A stretch of DNA of 64,000 bases from Tetramitus jugosus. Taxonomy: Eukaryota; Protista; Heterolobosea. The stretch is taken from positions 1 to 64,000 of the forward strand of contig OW569365.1 of the NCBI GenBank assembly GCA_937625935.1, in the 5' to 3' direction. Position 1 is the first letter of the stretch, and each line of letters opens with the position of its first letter. The notes under the pieces were generated by a model. That model was not told the DNA's origin. It saw only the letters and a program-made list of their open reading frames with translations, and made no database searches. The position numbers and the translations under genes are program-made. This document shows positions 27,784 to 38,899 of this stretch, piece by piece.

Positions 27784-29216
27784 TCAAGCTAGTACATCAG
27801 ATGCGGAGGTACTTTTGCTGCTTAGAAGTTCGGGACTTGATGTTTCTCTTTGCACGTATTCTTTGTGATGCAAGTACGTTCTTGTGAGACCATCCGAGTA
27901 ATCAAAGTCTACCAGTGGAAGATGTTCCTGTTGTTTCAAGAACTTGATTAATCCTTTGCTGATTTGTTTGGCTCTCTTGAATACGATGAAACCTGCGAGC
28001 TTATTGGCACCAGTGGAACAAAAATTGTAAATGTGTAACTGGGAGAACAAGGTTCGCTGATGATCAAGTCTCCTCAGTGTCACAGCTGAAATCATGTACA
28101 TATCTCTGTCATTCTTAGAATGATTTGGATCCAAGGAAGTTGAGCATGACTTTTGCAGAGTGATAGCTTCTTCCATTTTGTCATTGTATTTTCCTGAGCA
28201 AACTTGCATGCACGAACGACTACCAAATGGAAATCCTAGGTTAATGTGGTAATTTAACACAGCACAACTCCTGTCATTTGAAATCTTCTTCTCTGGAAAG
28301 CGTTGGGCAAGTGTCGATGGACTCAAGTACTCCAGAGTGTCGACTCCCTGGACATTGCTATCAGATTCTGATATTTTCTGAATACTGAACATGTATCTCT
28401 CACATAACTCAAAGGAGAATGGAAGGATACCCACATACTTGGCACAACTACCACCATTAGCCACCCATGATACATTGGGAAAATATTCTAAAATCTTCTT
28501 CGATGTAAAGGCCATTATTTTCTGCTTCTTGTCAAACCCCACTAACTTCCAATTGTAATTATCTTCTGACAACAAGTTGTGATAAAATTCAAACTCTGCA
28601 TCATCAATACATGGATCCTGAAAGTCCCTGTCTGACAAATTCATCTCGATTGCCTTTCTCAGAGTACCATGATGTCGCATGAATGACTCTCCGTGCGATT
28701 CGATGAAATTCAGCCATTGATCAGATCGAAGGAATCTAGGGAGAACATCATAACTCATCTCCTGCTCTACAATCACTTTGATATTCATTAGTGCTTTGTT
28801 TACACATTTTAGTGTCCCTCTTACATTTCTCACCGACTCCACGCTGCTCAATAAATTGTTCTTGTCACACGCTGAAATATTCAACTCGTATAAACCAGCA
28901 CAAAAGTAAGTGTGAACCAAGGTATCAATCTGAGAAAGAACTTTGATCGGATCTCTCACGGCTCATGAATCGATTCAATTCCTCTAGCGACTCCAGGAAT
29001 TGCAATGATTCTTCATTCTTTTCCTTCTCTAGATATGACCTTAGACACGCTCTGCAACTGGGACCTACATGTGCACATTTCAAACAACAGTTAGATTAGA
29101 GTCTCAATGTTGTTGTGTGACAAGTGACAGCAAGAGTCCACCATACCATTTAATATATCTTGAAGAGTGAATACGTATTCCTTGCACAGTAACTGCGTAG
29201 ATGATCTCTTGTTCAT
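27784..29216 (-). CDS. RGS + START-like domain protein (intron 29065-29146; apparent frameshift ~28960-28975)
   Basis: RGS motifs TLQDILN..CR..LRSYLEKEKNEESLQFL, YELNIS and DVLPRFLRSDQW, followed by a START-like region (WKLV..., FPFGSR, RTLFSQLH). GT-AG intron with CTAAC. Exon 2 and the main ORF are out of frame by 1 nt. Confidence 0.75.
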
Positions 29217-29851
29217 GGTTTAGATTTTTGTTCTGCTTTGTTGTTGTGGATGTTGCTGCTCACTTTATATTCGAAAGAAGAAGGTTGTGACTAATCCCAC
29301 CCATGCATGCATGCAAAGACCATAAGTAAAAGAATCCTCACGGAGAAAAGAAGATCTTCCCGGAGGACAATACAGTTGGTAGCTCCTCAAGAGCTTCTAT
29401 TAATCCACTGCACAACAAAATGAGGCAACGGGATGTGGAAGACAGGGCAATCGGAAACCACCAACCCAATCCGGAAGAAGAGGAGACTTTTTTCCAATCA
29501 ATGAACAAAAGCAAGGTTTCAACGAGATGTCAAACTCTGTTTCAACACACAACAATAATTTCACATGTGTATGACAACTTAAAACGTGTGAAAATCGTAG
29601 CTTGAAACACGTTAATTCTTTTCACACCAAGCACATGTGTGTGGTGTGCTTGAAACACGCACTTCCAATGCGGAGCTTTTTCCAACGCACAAAATCTGCT
29701 GCAGAGCCAAACTGGATGGAATTCTCGACTAGATTCCACAGAAAAAAAAATTCGCCAAACTTTCTTTTCGCGGTCATAATCTTCGACAGCAGTCAGACAA
29801 CAAATAATACCAAACAACAACAATCACACCATCATCACAACATAGGTATAT

Positions 29852-31671
29852 ATGGAAGAAGAAGGAAGATCAATCAAAACTGCTACAGTTACATCACCCA
29901 TCTACCCCAATGCTTCATCACCATCGAATGATGACAGAGATCAAATGGATGAGTTACCCATTCTATCATCATCATCATCATCTGCTTCATCACCACTCGT
30001 ATCAAAGCTAAAAAGTTGGTTCATTTTTGTTCAGTATCCATGGTCCGTCTGGTTCATCATTTGTTGTGAGTTGTGTGAGCGATTTGCTTTTTATGGTTTC
30101 AAGACGATTCTGTCAAAGTATTTGAAGGATTATCTAAAGTTTAGTGAGGATAATGCAACTAGTATTGTTCATGCATTTGTGTTTGTTGCTTATTTCACTC
30201 CATTGTTGGGTGGTTTTTTGGTAAGTTTAATTTTTTGTAAAGTTTCTTGTTGTTGTTTGTTGGTTTTTGGTTAGAAGACATGTCATGGGTCAAAATCAGG
30301 TTTGAAGCTTGAACGTGTGCTAACATCAAGCTTTTATTTTGTGTATGATGACCAATTATTTTTTTGTAATGTAAATAGGCTGATAGCATATTGGGCAAGT
30401 TTTGGACCATTTTCTCGCTGTCTCTCGTGTACTGTGTTGGTCAAGCAATTATTAGTGTGACCGCGATTCCTGGTGTGACGGGCACTCCTCCTCACTGGTG
30501 GGGTTGTGCGCTTGGATTGTTGTTTGTTGCTTTTGGAACGGGTGGTATCAAGCCTTGTGTGTCATCATTTGGTGGTGATCAATTCAAAGAAGGCCAAACC
30601 GAGCTACTCATGAGTTTCTTTGCCGTCTTTTATTTCTCAATTAACATTGGATCGACTCTGAGCACGTTTTTGATGCCTATTGTTCGAACTCATTATGGTT
30701 ATGCTGTCGCGTTCGCCATTCCTGCTTGCTTGCTCGTTGTGGCTACTGCAATCTTTGGAATTGGTAAACGATCCTATACGCATGTTCCACCGACTGGATG
30801 GAGAAACAATCCAGTGTTCCAAGTGGCAAAGGTTGTTTGGGCTGCGTTGAAGAATTGGAGAAATCCACACTTTAGAAGTGTGAATCATTGGGTGGATCGT
30901 GCAGAAGCAGTGTACGATAGAGAAACTGTGTATGATATCAAGTGTTGTTTGCGTGTGATGAAGGTTTTGTTGCCAATTATCATCTTTTGGGCTCTGTTTG
31001 ATCAGCATTCCACTCGTTTTGTGTTCCAAGCCGAGAGAATGAATCGTAAGGTTGGATCCTATGAATTCACGAGTGATCAGATTACGACTCTTAATCCATT
31101 GATGGTTATTTTCCTGGTCATTATTTTCGATAGAGTGATTTACCGAGGATTGAACGCCATTGGACTGACACCTAGACCATTGAAGCGTATTGGTGTTGGA
31201 TTCTTGTTTACGACTGCATCCTTCATTTGTGCAGCGCTTGTTGAAGTTGCTATTGTGAAACGCGGCACCAAGGTCCACGTCGCATGGCAAGTTCCACAAT
31301 ATTTGCTGCTGTGTATCGGAGAAGTGTTGGTGAGTGTGACTGGATTGGAATTGGCCTACAGTCAATCCCCAAAGAAGATGAAGGGTTTCATGCAATCGTT
31401 CTATCTATTGACTGTCTCTGTCGGTAATATGATTGTTGTTGCTGTGGCATCATCCAGCGTCTTCCCAAAGAGTGTTAAATTGAGACAGGCATATGAATTC
31501 TTGTTCTTCTCAGGCCTCATGTTGATCGGCTTTGGCATCTTCCTCTTCTTGGCTCGATCGTTCAGGTACAGAAAGGTGAGACCAACTAACGAACAACAGC
31601 AACAAGAGGAAGAACAACAGACAAACTATGGAGACCAAGCAATCGAGGAAGGCACAACCATTGATCACTAA
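29852..31671 (+). CDS. POT/PTR family proton-dependent oligopeptide transporter (intron 30221-30378)
   Basis: ELCERFAFYG (ExxERFxYY). The spliced product reads GGFLADSILGKFWTI. GTGGIKPCVSSFGGDQF and FYFSINIG also present. Confidence 0.96.
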
Positions 31672-31841
31672 AACACCTATAGGTGTGAAAGAATCCCATG
31701 CATCATCTAAACATCAACTAATTGTATCATACATAAACTTCTCTCTTTGTAAAGAAGAGCAACTCCACACAAAACAGCAAAAGATTTCACATTTCAAAAA
31801 ACAAACAACAAACAAAATCAAAAAAGGATATCACAAGAATC

Positions 31842-32681
31842 ATGTCACAAATTGTGCATCTATTATCCAAATGCTGGACAACATGCATGTACGTTACGGA
31901 AGAAATCCCTCACGACCATGACAATGACGACAATGACAATCCAGACAAAAACGACGACAATGAAGAACAACAAATGATGAATCATCTTGCATCATCATCC
32001 GTATCACTAGTCGAAGAAGAAGAAGATGTTCGTCGAAATGCCGAACTTGAAGATTACTCTCATTTCGATGGTCACACGAGTGCTCCTCCACCTGTTGTAC
32101 AACCACAACAAAAGAGTGTTTCTACTGCGACAGTAACCAATCATGAAGAACAAGGGATAATGGATACGATTGAATTGAATCCATTGGCAATTGAATTATC
32201 GCCAGCAGAGTATGAAAAACAGTGGGCCAATAGCTCAATCAGTTCTTATCGTTGCTATGCGTTGTTGAATAAGAATGACGATGAAAGTTTTGGTGATGAA
32301 AGTCGATTTGAACAAATGAATCATATTGAAAACTTGTTTGTAAAGTATAATATTTATACGTTGGCTAGTGATAGTGCAGCGGTGTTGTCTGATGATCGAT
32401 TGAGACAAATGAAGAGAAGAGTGTACATGTTTGCTGAGCGAAATTTCAATCGTGGCGATGAATCACGACAATTGTATTTGATAGAGCTGGTTATTGATAT
32501 GAATAACTCGGAAATTCAAGTTAGAGTGAAAACGACGCACGATTCTACTAATTCTTCTTCTTCGTCGATTCATGACTTTATGAGACTGATTGACCGTATC
32601 CTGTCATCAGTTTCCACACCAAAGTTGGAAGACGAGAAACAAACGACATCAAAGAAGAAGAGAAGGAGAAATCGCAACTAG
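31842..32681 (+). CDS. Protein consisting of an acidic linker plus a beta-adaptin appendage (platform) domain
   Basis: LSPAEYEKQW...NIYTLAS...VYMFAE...LYLIELVID..NSEIQVRVK resembles the AP-4 beta C-terminal ear. No trunk domain. Confidence 0.65.
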   Translation: MSQIVHLLSKCWTTCMYVTEEIPHDHDNDDNDNPDKNDDNEEQQMMNHLASSSVSLVEEEEDVRRNAELEDYSHFDGHTSAPPPVVQPQQKSVSTATVTNHEEQGIMDTIELNPLAIELSPAEYEKQWANSSISSYRCYALLNKNDDESFGDESRFEQMNHIENLFVKYNIYTLASDSAAVLSDDRLRQMKRRVYMFAERNFNRGDESRQLYLIELVIDMNNSEIQVRVKTTHDSTNSSSSSIHDFMRLIDRILSSVSTPKLEDEKQTTSKKKRRRNRN

Positions 32682-32884
32682 TAAAAGCACAATTTTTTAG
32701 GTAACTTATTTGTCAAGTTTCTTCTGTTGCCTCAAGATTGGAAAGATTGATAGATGTAATTGAAGAGACTACTCGAGAGCCTCTGTGATGTAGGCTTTTA
32801 GCTTGGTTGCGTGGAGAAAGTAATGGAATAGTTTATTTACAATTTTACTCTTCCCAAGTTTTTTCGATATATCTTTCTTCAATT

Positions 32885-33064
32885 TCACTTGTTTCCTCCT
32901 GAAAAGGTTTGTTGATGGGACGCAGCTGTTCTTGAGCTTTGCTTTGAGGTTGCACCTCCCTTTGATGAAGCTGAAGTGGGGTTATAGGAGCTTGAGTTGG
33001 GATTCATAGCGTTAGATCTGCTATCGTATGAGGACTTGGCGGAATCAGATGATTTGTCAGACAT
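32885..33064 (-). CDS. Small Ser-rich hypothetical protein (59 aa)
   Basis: ATG follows an A/C-rich leader like neighbouring genes. Contains DSRSNAMNPNS. AATAAA downstream. Confidence 0.5.
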   Translation of the reverse strand: MSDKSSDSAKSSYDSRSNAMNPNSSSYNPTSASSKGGATSKQSSRTAASHQQTFSGGNK

Positions 33065-33554
33065 GGTCTTGTTATTGGTATGTTCGTTTGTTGTTGTGAG
33101 AGAAAGCAATGAATACAGGAAACAACAACCAACTTTTATGCATCCCGTGGTCAATCACGAAATTAGAAGATCTGAACAATTTTGAAGGAGGTTAAATTAT
33201 AAGCATCAGCTGGGAATTTTATCGTACATTATTACTTGATCTAACGGTTGTTTTACAACAAACGACTTTCTCAAAGTCAATAGTCGAGTTATCACAACTC
33301 AAAGAATGAAACATCTGAGGACCAGCTGAGAAACCAGCAACACGAATGAACTCTCCTGAACCGACATTTATTCTCTAAATCCAAACAAAGACCTTGTTAG
33401 TTGTTTCACTGGAGGGTTGTCCACTGAAATCAAATAAAATTTTCGACTTCTGGGGTTTGGCGCCCTGGACAGCGGTTACTGGCGATTCTATGGAAAGAAT
33501 CAGTAAACCATACACTCTTTGGCATTGTGTTTAAGGCACAATTTATTTGACAAG

Positions 33555-36500
33555 TTACTTAATGTTTTTACGCTTGGCCAAAATGTCTCTCATATTCTGC
33601 TTCTGTTCAGTCTCGGATGATGCAGGTGTGGTCAACTTGTTGCCCGAGTTTCCTCTTGGAACAGTAGTATCAACAGTCTTGCTGCCAAAGAATGTGTTGT
33701 ACAGTTTAGCCTTCAAGCTGTTGCTTCCAGGCTTCTTGATAGCACGTCTAAATGGAGGGAAAATTTCCTCACGTCTGTAAGCTGCAGCGGCAGCATAGAT
33801 GCATAGTGCAATTTCTTCAATGTATGATTGTTGCATGTTTGGTGCAATGGAGTTTGGTGCAACGAAGACACTGCTGTACTTGCCCTTGGTGCTTGGTCTT
33901 GTAATACGTTCGTCCTCTTCTTCATTTCCACCCATGATTGCATTTTCAACATCAATGACGGCTTGAGAAGCTGTCATTTCATCATCGGATCCATGGCCGG
34001 AGCTCATCATATCGGTCGAAGTTAACAAGTCTTCATCATCGTCGACTTCACTGGCAGTGGTTGTTTCAAAGTCTTCATCTGCCTCCTCTGCAACCTTACT
34101 CTTCGAGTGAGCCTTCTCCTTTGTGACAAGACTGAGCGCATAAGGACGAGCCCAATCGAGAGTTGGATCATCATCCTTGTTGTCTCTGAGCTTACCAATA
34201 TCGATCAAGAAGTAATCTTCCAAGTTGTGTTGCTTACTGTGCTTATAATCAATCTTTCTAATGTTGTAATCGAAGTGAACTGTGTAGTAGCACTTGTCAG
34301 TCAGCAGCAACAATCTCTCTTGTCTCATACCGTCCTTGTTAAACTTGACAATCTTCCATCCCTTGAGGAACAGTTCGTTATGATCCATGACAGCATTCTT
34401 TGCGGCAATGAAACCTTGATTCTCTTGGAAGTTTGGTTTCCACAAACTGATGGCTGTCTCCAAATGGAAGTACAGTGCGTTCAAGTCACCAATCAAGGGA
34501 ATTCTAGAGTCACTTGTTACCTTCTTGAGCGATTCGACAGCGAGTTGGTATGCCTCATCTTGTTCCTCTTCATCAGCGTTGTAACCTGTCACGTCTTCGT
34601 CATAAATCTCCATTGAGATCTCAGCAGCCAAGCTCTTTGGGGTCAAGAGACGTCCAGTCTGTGCAATTCTGTATCTCATGATCAAATTTTCAATCTTCAC
34701 TTCGCAGTAGTCTTTGGAGTCTTCTGAATCGTTCACTTCGAGAATAATCATCGCTACATTGTTCTGGAACGCAAGCAGATTACCAGGTGATGAGTTGATA
34801 AAGATTTCGGTGGCAAAAACAATTCCATCCCATAATGCTTCTCTGCTCAAGAGTCCCATGGCTTCGCTGGCAATCTCCTTTTGCTTTTCCAACCTTCTCC
34901 AATTGACATGGACACGAATGTGTCTTCTATTCATCAACTTTTGAATGGACGATTGAGTCACTTGGACAAAGTCCCTTGCAATTCTGAAAATTTCATCATA
35001 GTTCACCATGTCATCACCAGTGTTTTCTCCTGTTAGTGCATACATGGTGGCATCTGACTCTGTCTTCAACACACGCAGAATCTCCTTGGCCAACAAAATG
35101 ACTTGATCTGAATTGTCAGTTTGTTTCAAAAGCTCCTTCAATCTTTGAAGAACACCTTCCTTCTTGAGAATCATTCTACCATTAGGTGTACGAACAAATG
35201 GTCCGACAGCAATCAAACCAGCCTCCAACTCGGCCTGAGTTGCCTTCTGACTCAACAAGTTGATCAATGGCTTCAATCCTCCAATACTGTACAACTTTTT
35301 CTGGAAGGAGTCATGAACGTTCATGCTGGCAAACAGAGAAGCAATCACAATGCTCTCCACCTTGCTCTGAATCATCTCCAACAATCTTGCAATCACACCG
35401 AGATCAACCAATTGATTGGCACACTTTGGATGGATGGCAAATGCAGAGATGGCAGAGATGACATGTTGTCTCTTGTCTGCGTCCTTGCAACCAATCAACA
35501 GATCCAACAACAGATTGGTCAAGAAGAGACCATCCTTCATTTGTTCTCTGAGTTGTTCCAATGTTTGAGCATCGACTTGTTTAATCTCTGGCGCGGCATC
35601 ATCCGTTGTCTCAGAAGTGGCTTCTGCTTCCGATGGAGGAGCAGGTGCAGCCGTTGTAGGAGCAGTTGGTGTTGCTGGTGCTGGCGGTGCTGTTGATTTG
35701 GATGGTGTTGCCGGTGCTGGCGGTGTTGGTTTTGCAGGAGTTGCAGGAGTTGCAGGCGTTGTTGGTTTGGTTGCAGGTGTTGCAGGTGGTGGTGGTTGGC
35801 TCTGTTGTTGTTGTTCCTGCTGTTCTTGCAACTCTTGTTCCTCATTCTTTGCATTTTCTCTAGCAATGTCCTCCAAGAGTTCCTCTGGTGGCTGAATGTC
35901 CTCCAATCCGTCTTCATAGACATCATCGTTTCGATCCATCTCATCCATATTATCACGCAACTCATCAGCGTCCAAAAAGTCGTCTCTCTCATCATTGTAC
36001 ACTTCCAATCCCAACATTTTGAGCACATTTTCCTCAATGGATGCCACATTGGCCACAATCTTGATGGCAAGCTTTTGAACAGCTGCAGAATGAGCAATAA
36101 ATTCAGGTGAGAGTTGCGATGGATCGACACCACTGGTCTGCTCTGCCAGGCCCTTCATGAGATGACACAGGACGGGCAATCCGTTGCAATTGACAACCTT
36201 TAGCTTATTTCTTCTCAATTTGTCTCTGTTTGCTCTATTGTGACTCGAGTACACAAGTTTCTCCTCTGGTAACTCTTCTGTAATGTTGGCCAAGATTTTG
36301 CAGCACAATTCTCTGCCTTCACAGTTTTGAACATTCTTCTCTGTGGCTTCAGACACCTTACCCATGGTCAACAAGTGAGATCTTGTTCGAATGTATTGAA
36401 TCAAGCAAGGAATAGCACTCGTAAGACTTGCTCTGCATCGATTGTCCAACAGTGTTACATTGTGCAGTGTTCTCAACACGTGAATGCACATTTTTCGATA

Positions 36501-37289
36501 GGCGACATTGTCGTAAAACAGGCCGCGCTTCAACAGCTCGACCAACGCATCCACCGTAGCAAACTCTACAATGGCACGACAACATTCCTTGTGTTCGGAC
36601 AAGTGATGATAGAATTGAGCGGCCCACTGTTCCGTGTGCTTGACCTCGACACAAATGGACGTTGCTTCCATGAAGCTCTCACTCTGCACCAACGAGTGCG
36701 CACACGACTCTTGAGTGACCAACAAGTCCAACAACTGACTCGCCTTGTTTCTATTTTTTTCTGCTTCTCTCTGTATGATGGCAATGAGAGCGACCAGATT
36801 GTTTTGCTTGGCCAATTTTTCCTGATTTTTCCTGTAGCTCTGAACGAGTTGCCACAGCGCTTCCAACGTTCCGGATTGAATGTTGGGCGAGTTGAACTGT
36901 TCTAGAAAGCGTTGTGAGCACAGTGCTGCGATACACTCGGTGCTATCACCCAACAACATTCTACTTCTTTCAAATGTGGCCAAATGACCAATCGCAACCA
37001 GTAAACTACTGTGAATCAATCTGCTCGTTATCGTTTCGTCCAACATCATGTGAACCATGCGTTTCATGACTTCGAGTGGAACGACCTTTGTGTTGTTGAG
37101 TGATGCAATCGTCGATAGTGTAGCAACGACTTTTGATGTTACAAGTGCTGGTGGTGGTGGTGCTGCTCCACCACCTGAATCAGCGTTATTGTTGTTGGAA
37201 GAAGATGGGGCGATGAGTGGTGGTGCACCCAAGTCTTCCAAGGCATCTTTTACGTTGAATTTGGTATTGTTCGCCATCGATGATGCCAT
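33555..37289 (-). CDS. Armadillo-repeat protein with C-terminal hSac2-like (PH-fold) domain
   Basis: ARM-type helices (GGLKPLINLL, GLPVLCHLM), a P/A/T linker, and GWKIVKFNKDGMRQERLLLLTDKCYYTVHFDY, which matches the hSac2 pattern. Confidence 0.8.
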   Translation of the reverse strand: MASSMANNTKFNVKDALEDLGAPPLIAPSSSNNNNADSGGGAAPPPPALVTSKVVATLSTIASLNNTKVVPLEVMKRMVHMMLDETITSRLIHSSLLVAIGHLATFERSRMLLGDSTECIAALCSQRFLEQFNSPNIQSGTLEALWQLVQSYRKNQEKLAKQNNLVALIAIIQREAEKNRNKASQLLDLLVTQESCAHSLVQSESFMEATSICVEVKHTEQWAAQFYHHLSEHKECCRAIVEFATVDALVELLKRGLFYDNVAYRKMCIHVLRTLHNVTLLDNRCRASLTSAIPCLIQYIRTRSHLLTMGKVSEATEKNVQNCEGRELCCKILANITEELPEEKLVYSSHNRANRDKLRRNKLKVVNCNGLPVLCHLMKGLAEQTSGVDPSQLSPEFIAHSAAVQKLAIKIVANVASIEENVLKMLGLEVYNDERDDFLDADELRDNMDEMDRNDDVYEDGLEDIQPPEELLEDIARENAKNEEQELQEQQEQQQQSQPPPPATPATKPTTPATPATPAKPTPPAPATPSKSTAPPAPATPTAPTTAAPAPPSEAEATSETTDDAAPEIKQVDAQTLEQLREQMKDGLFLTNLLLDLLIGCKDADKRQHVISAISAFAIHPKCANQLVDLGVIARLLEMIQSKVESIVIASLFASMNVHDSFQKKLYSIGGLKPLINLLSQKATQAELEAGLIAVGPFVRTPNGRMILKKEGVLQRLKELLKQTDNSDQVILLAKEILRVLKTESDATMYALTGENTGDDMVNYDEIFRIARDFVQVTQSSIQKLMNRRHIRVHVNWRRLEKQKEIASEAMGLLSREALWDGIVFATEIFINSSPGNLLAFQNNVAMIILEVNDSEDSKDYCEVKIENLIMRYRIAQTGRLLTPKSLAAEISMEIYDEDVTGYNADEEEQDEAYQLAVESLKKVTSDSRIPLIGDLNALYFHLETAISLWKPNFQENQGFIAAKNAVMDHNELFLKGWKIVKFNKDGMRQERLLLLTDKCYYTVHFDYNIRKIDYKHSKQHNLEDYFLIDIGKLRDNKDDDPTLDWARPYALSLVTKEKAHSKSKVAEEADEDFETTTASEVDDDEDLLTSTDMMSSGHGSDDEMTASQAVIDVENAIMGGNEEEDERITRPSTKGKYSSVFVAPNSIAPNMQQSYIEEIALCIYAAAAAYRREEIFPPFRRAIKKPGSNSLKAKLYNTFFGSKTVDTTVPRGNSGNKLTTPASSETEQKQNMRDILAKRKNIK

Positions 37290-37589
37290 GGTTGATGTAC
37301 GGTGATGTTGTTGTTGTTGTTGTCTGGTGGTGGTGGTGGTGGTTGTTGTGTATGTGTCTTCAACTACAATAAAAAAGAAAGACGACTCTCAATCAACAAA
37401 AGATTTTGTTTGTTTTGTGTTTCTGCCTCTTTGTTTTTTGTCAGTGAAAGTGTCAACCAACGTCAAATGTCGTCCTGTCGGATAAATAGGAGCAGGACAG
37501 TAGATACCAAAAAATATTGTGTGTTGTCCGAGGGGTTCTTTCAGTGGGAATCATCACAGGGATGCATGAGCATTAGTAAACGTCAAGGT

Positions 37590-38610
37590 CTACAGGGTTG
37601 AGTTTAAGCCACTTCCAAAGACGATGGATCTTGTGGGTCCGGATTTACCCCATGATTGAGGTCTGAACACTGGTGCAGATTTTCTGTTCGGGTCCTTCTT
37701 CAGAATGGTCTTGTCATATGGATCTTCCTTGTATTCTGGGAATGGATTCAAAGTTGAATTCAAACCTTTCTTTGGTGGAGAGCTCGGTCTGAATGGTGTA
37801 ACTGGTTTCTTTGGACTACTCTTCCCTGGAGTTTCTGGTTTCGGGGCAAGCACCTTCTCATCTGTACTGTACACTCTAGAGGAACCGACATGCTGATTCA
37901 CATCAAAGAACTCCCTATTTACACTCGTCGATTTGAAAGGTGTGGCTTGCATTTTCTTCTTTTGTTCCTCTTTCTCTTTGAGAGACAACTCTCTTTGTAG
38001 CTCGTATGGATCAGGTGCATACTCGAACTCTTTGCCGATTGTTGTATTTGAAAATCCATATGTTCCTTTCTTGGACGGATTCGTCAGAATATTTTTCTTC
38101 TCCTGAGGTATCTTATTTCTCTTGTTTTCCCCCTTAAGGACCACATTGTATTCGACCATGTGTTCTGGTAGTTTTCCAATGGTACCATACAATCCTCCCA
38201 GGGTGGTACTCTTCTTCTGAGGACTGGAAGGCCGAAATGGTTTTGGAACAAGTTGTTTTTTCTTCAGTTCCTGCTGGTACTTTCTCTCATGAGTGCCTGG
38301 ATCCATGTATGTATCAGTCTGCGAAATATTCAGAAAATTAGAGTCAATAAAGTCACATTCAGAAACATTGAAAAAAACTCAAAAATGCAATGAATTTTAC
38401 CTCAAAGAGTGGTTTAAAGCTGTCAAACGTGACCCCACTACCTACTTTCCCCTTCTTGGTGGGATTGGTTGAAAACTGTTTTCCTTTGTGGCGGCCCTTC
38501 TCATCCGACCTTTTGCTATACTCATCTCCTATCGATAGATAACTGGGTTGATGAAACAAACCCAAAGAGTTCATATCATTTGTGTAGGTCTTTTTCGCAG
38601 TATCAGCCAT
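37590..38610 (-). CDS. CFAP96: Cilia- and flagella-associated protein 96 / C4orf47-like (intron 38319-38400)
   Basis: LGLFHQPSYLSIGDEY, PFRPSSPQKK, NILTNPSKKGTYGF and FPEYKEDPY. A phase-0 GT-AG intron joins the two ORFs. Confidence 0.85.
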
Positions 38611-38899
38611 TCTATTCGTAAATCTGTACAAGTCGTGAATCTGTCAACGAAAGAGCAAGATGCAACTCAATATTTTTCTTCTCTTGTTTTTCAGACCTTG
38701 AATTTACGAAAGGCGCTCGTAACGTTCACTCTCACCATCGAAAGACCCAAAAAGCTGTAACCGTCCAGTTTCATCGGTTGCTTTTCCCCGATTCTCCAAC
38801 AGTTCAATCGCCCGCCGAACATCAGGGAAAAATCACATCAAAAAAAAATATCAAAATCGCTTCCTTGACACAACAAACAAACCTCTCACGTGAAACATC

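Noticed and set aside
33225-33250. U2-like AGATCAAGT on the minus strand
   Set aside because: It lacks GTAGTA and the U2 stem I sequence.
33440-33538. U12 snRNA-like start TGCCTTAAAC plus GATTC/GAATC stem on the minus strand
   Set aside because: The branch-pairing GTAAGGA is absent, and the motif lies just after the upstream gene's stop and AATAAA.
34107-36905. Long antisense ORFs opposite the ARM gene (similar ones opposite POT, LysRS and COQ8)
   Set aside because: These are shadow frames expected from codon bias and show no independent protein features.
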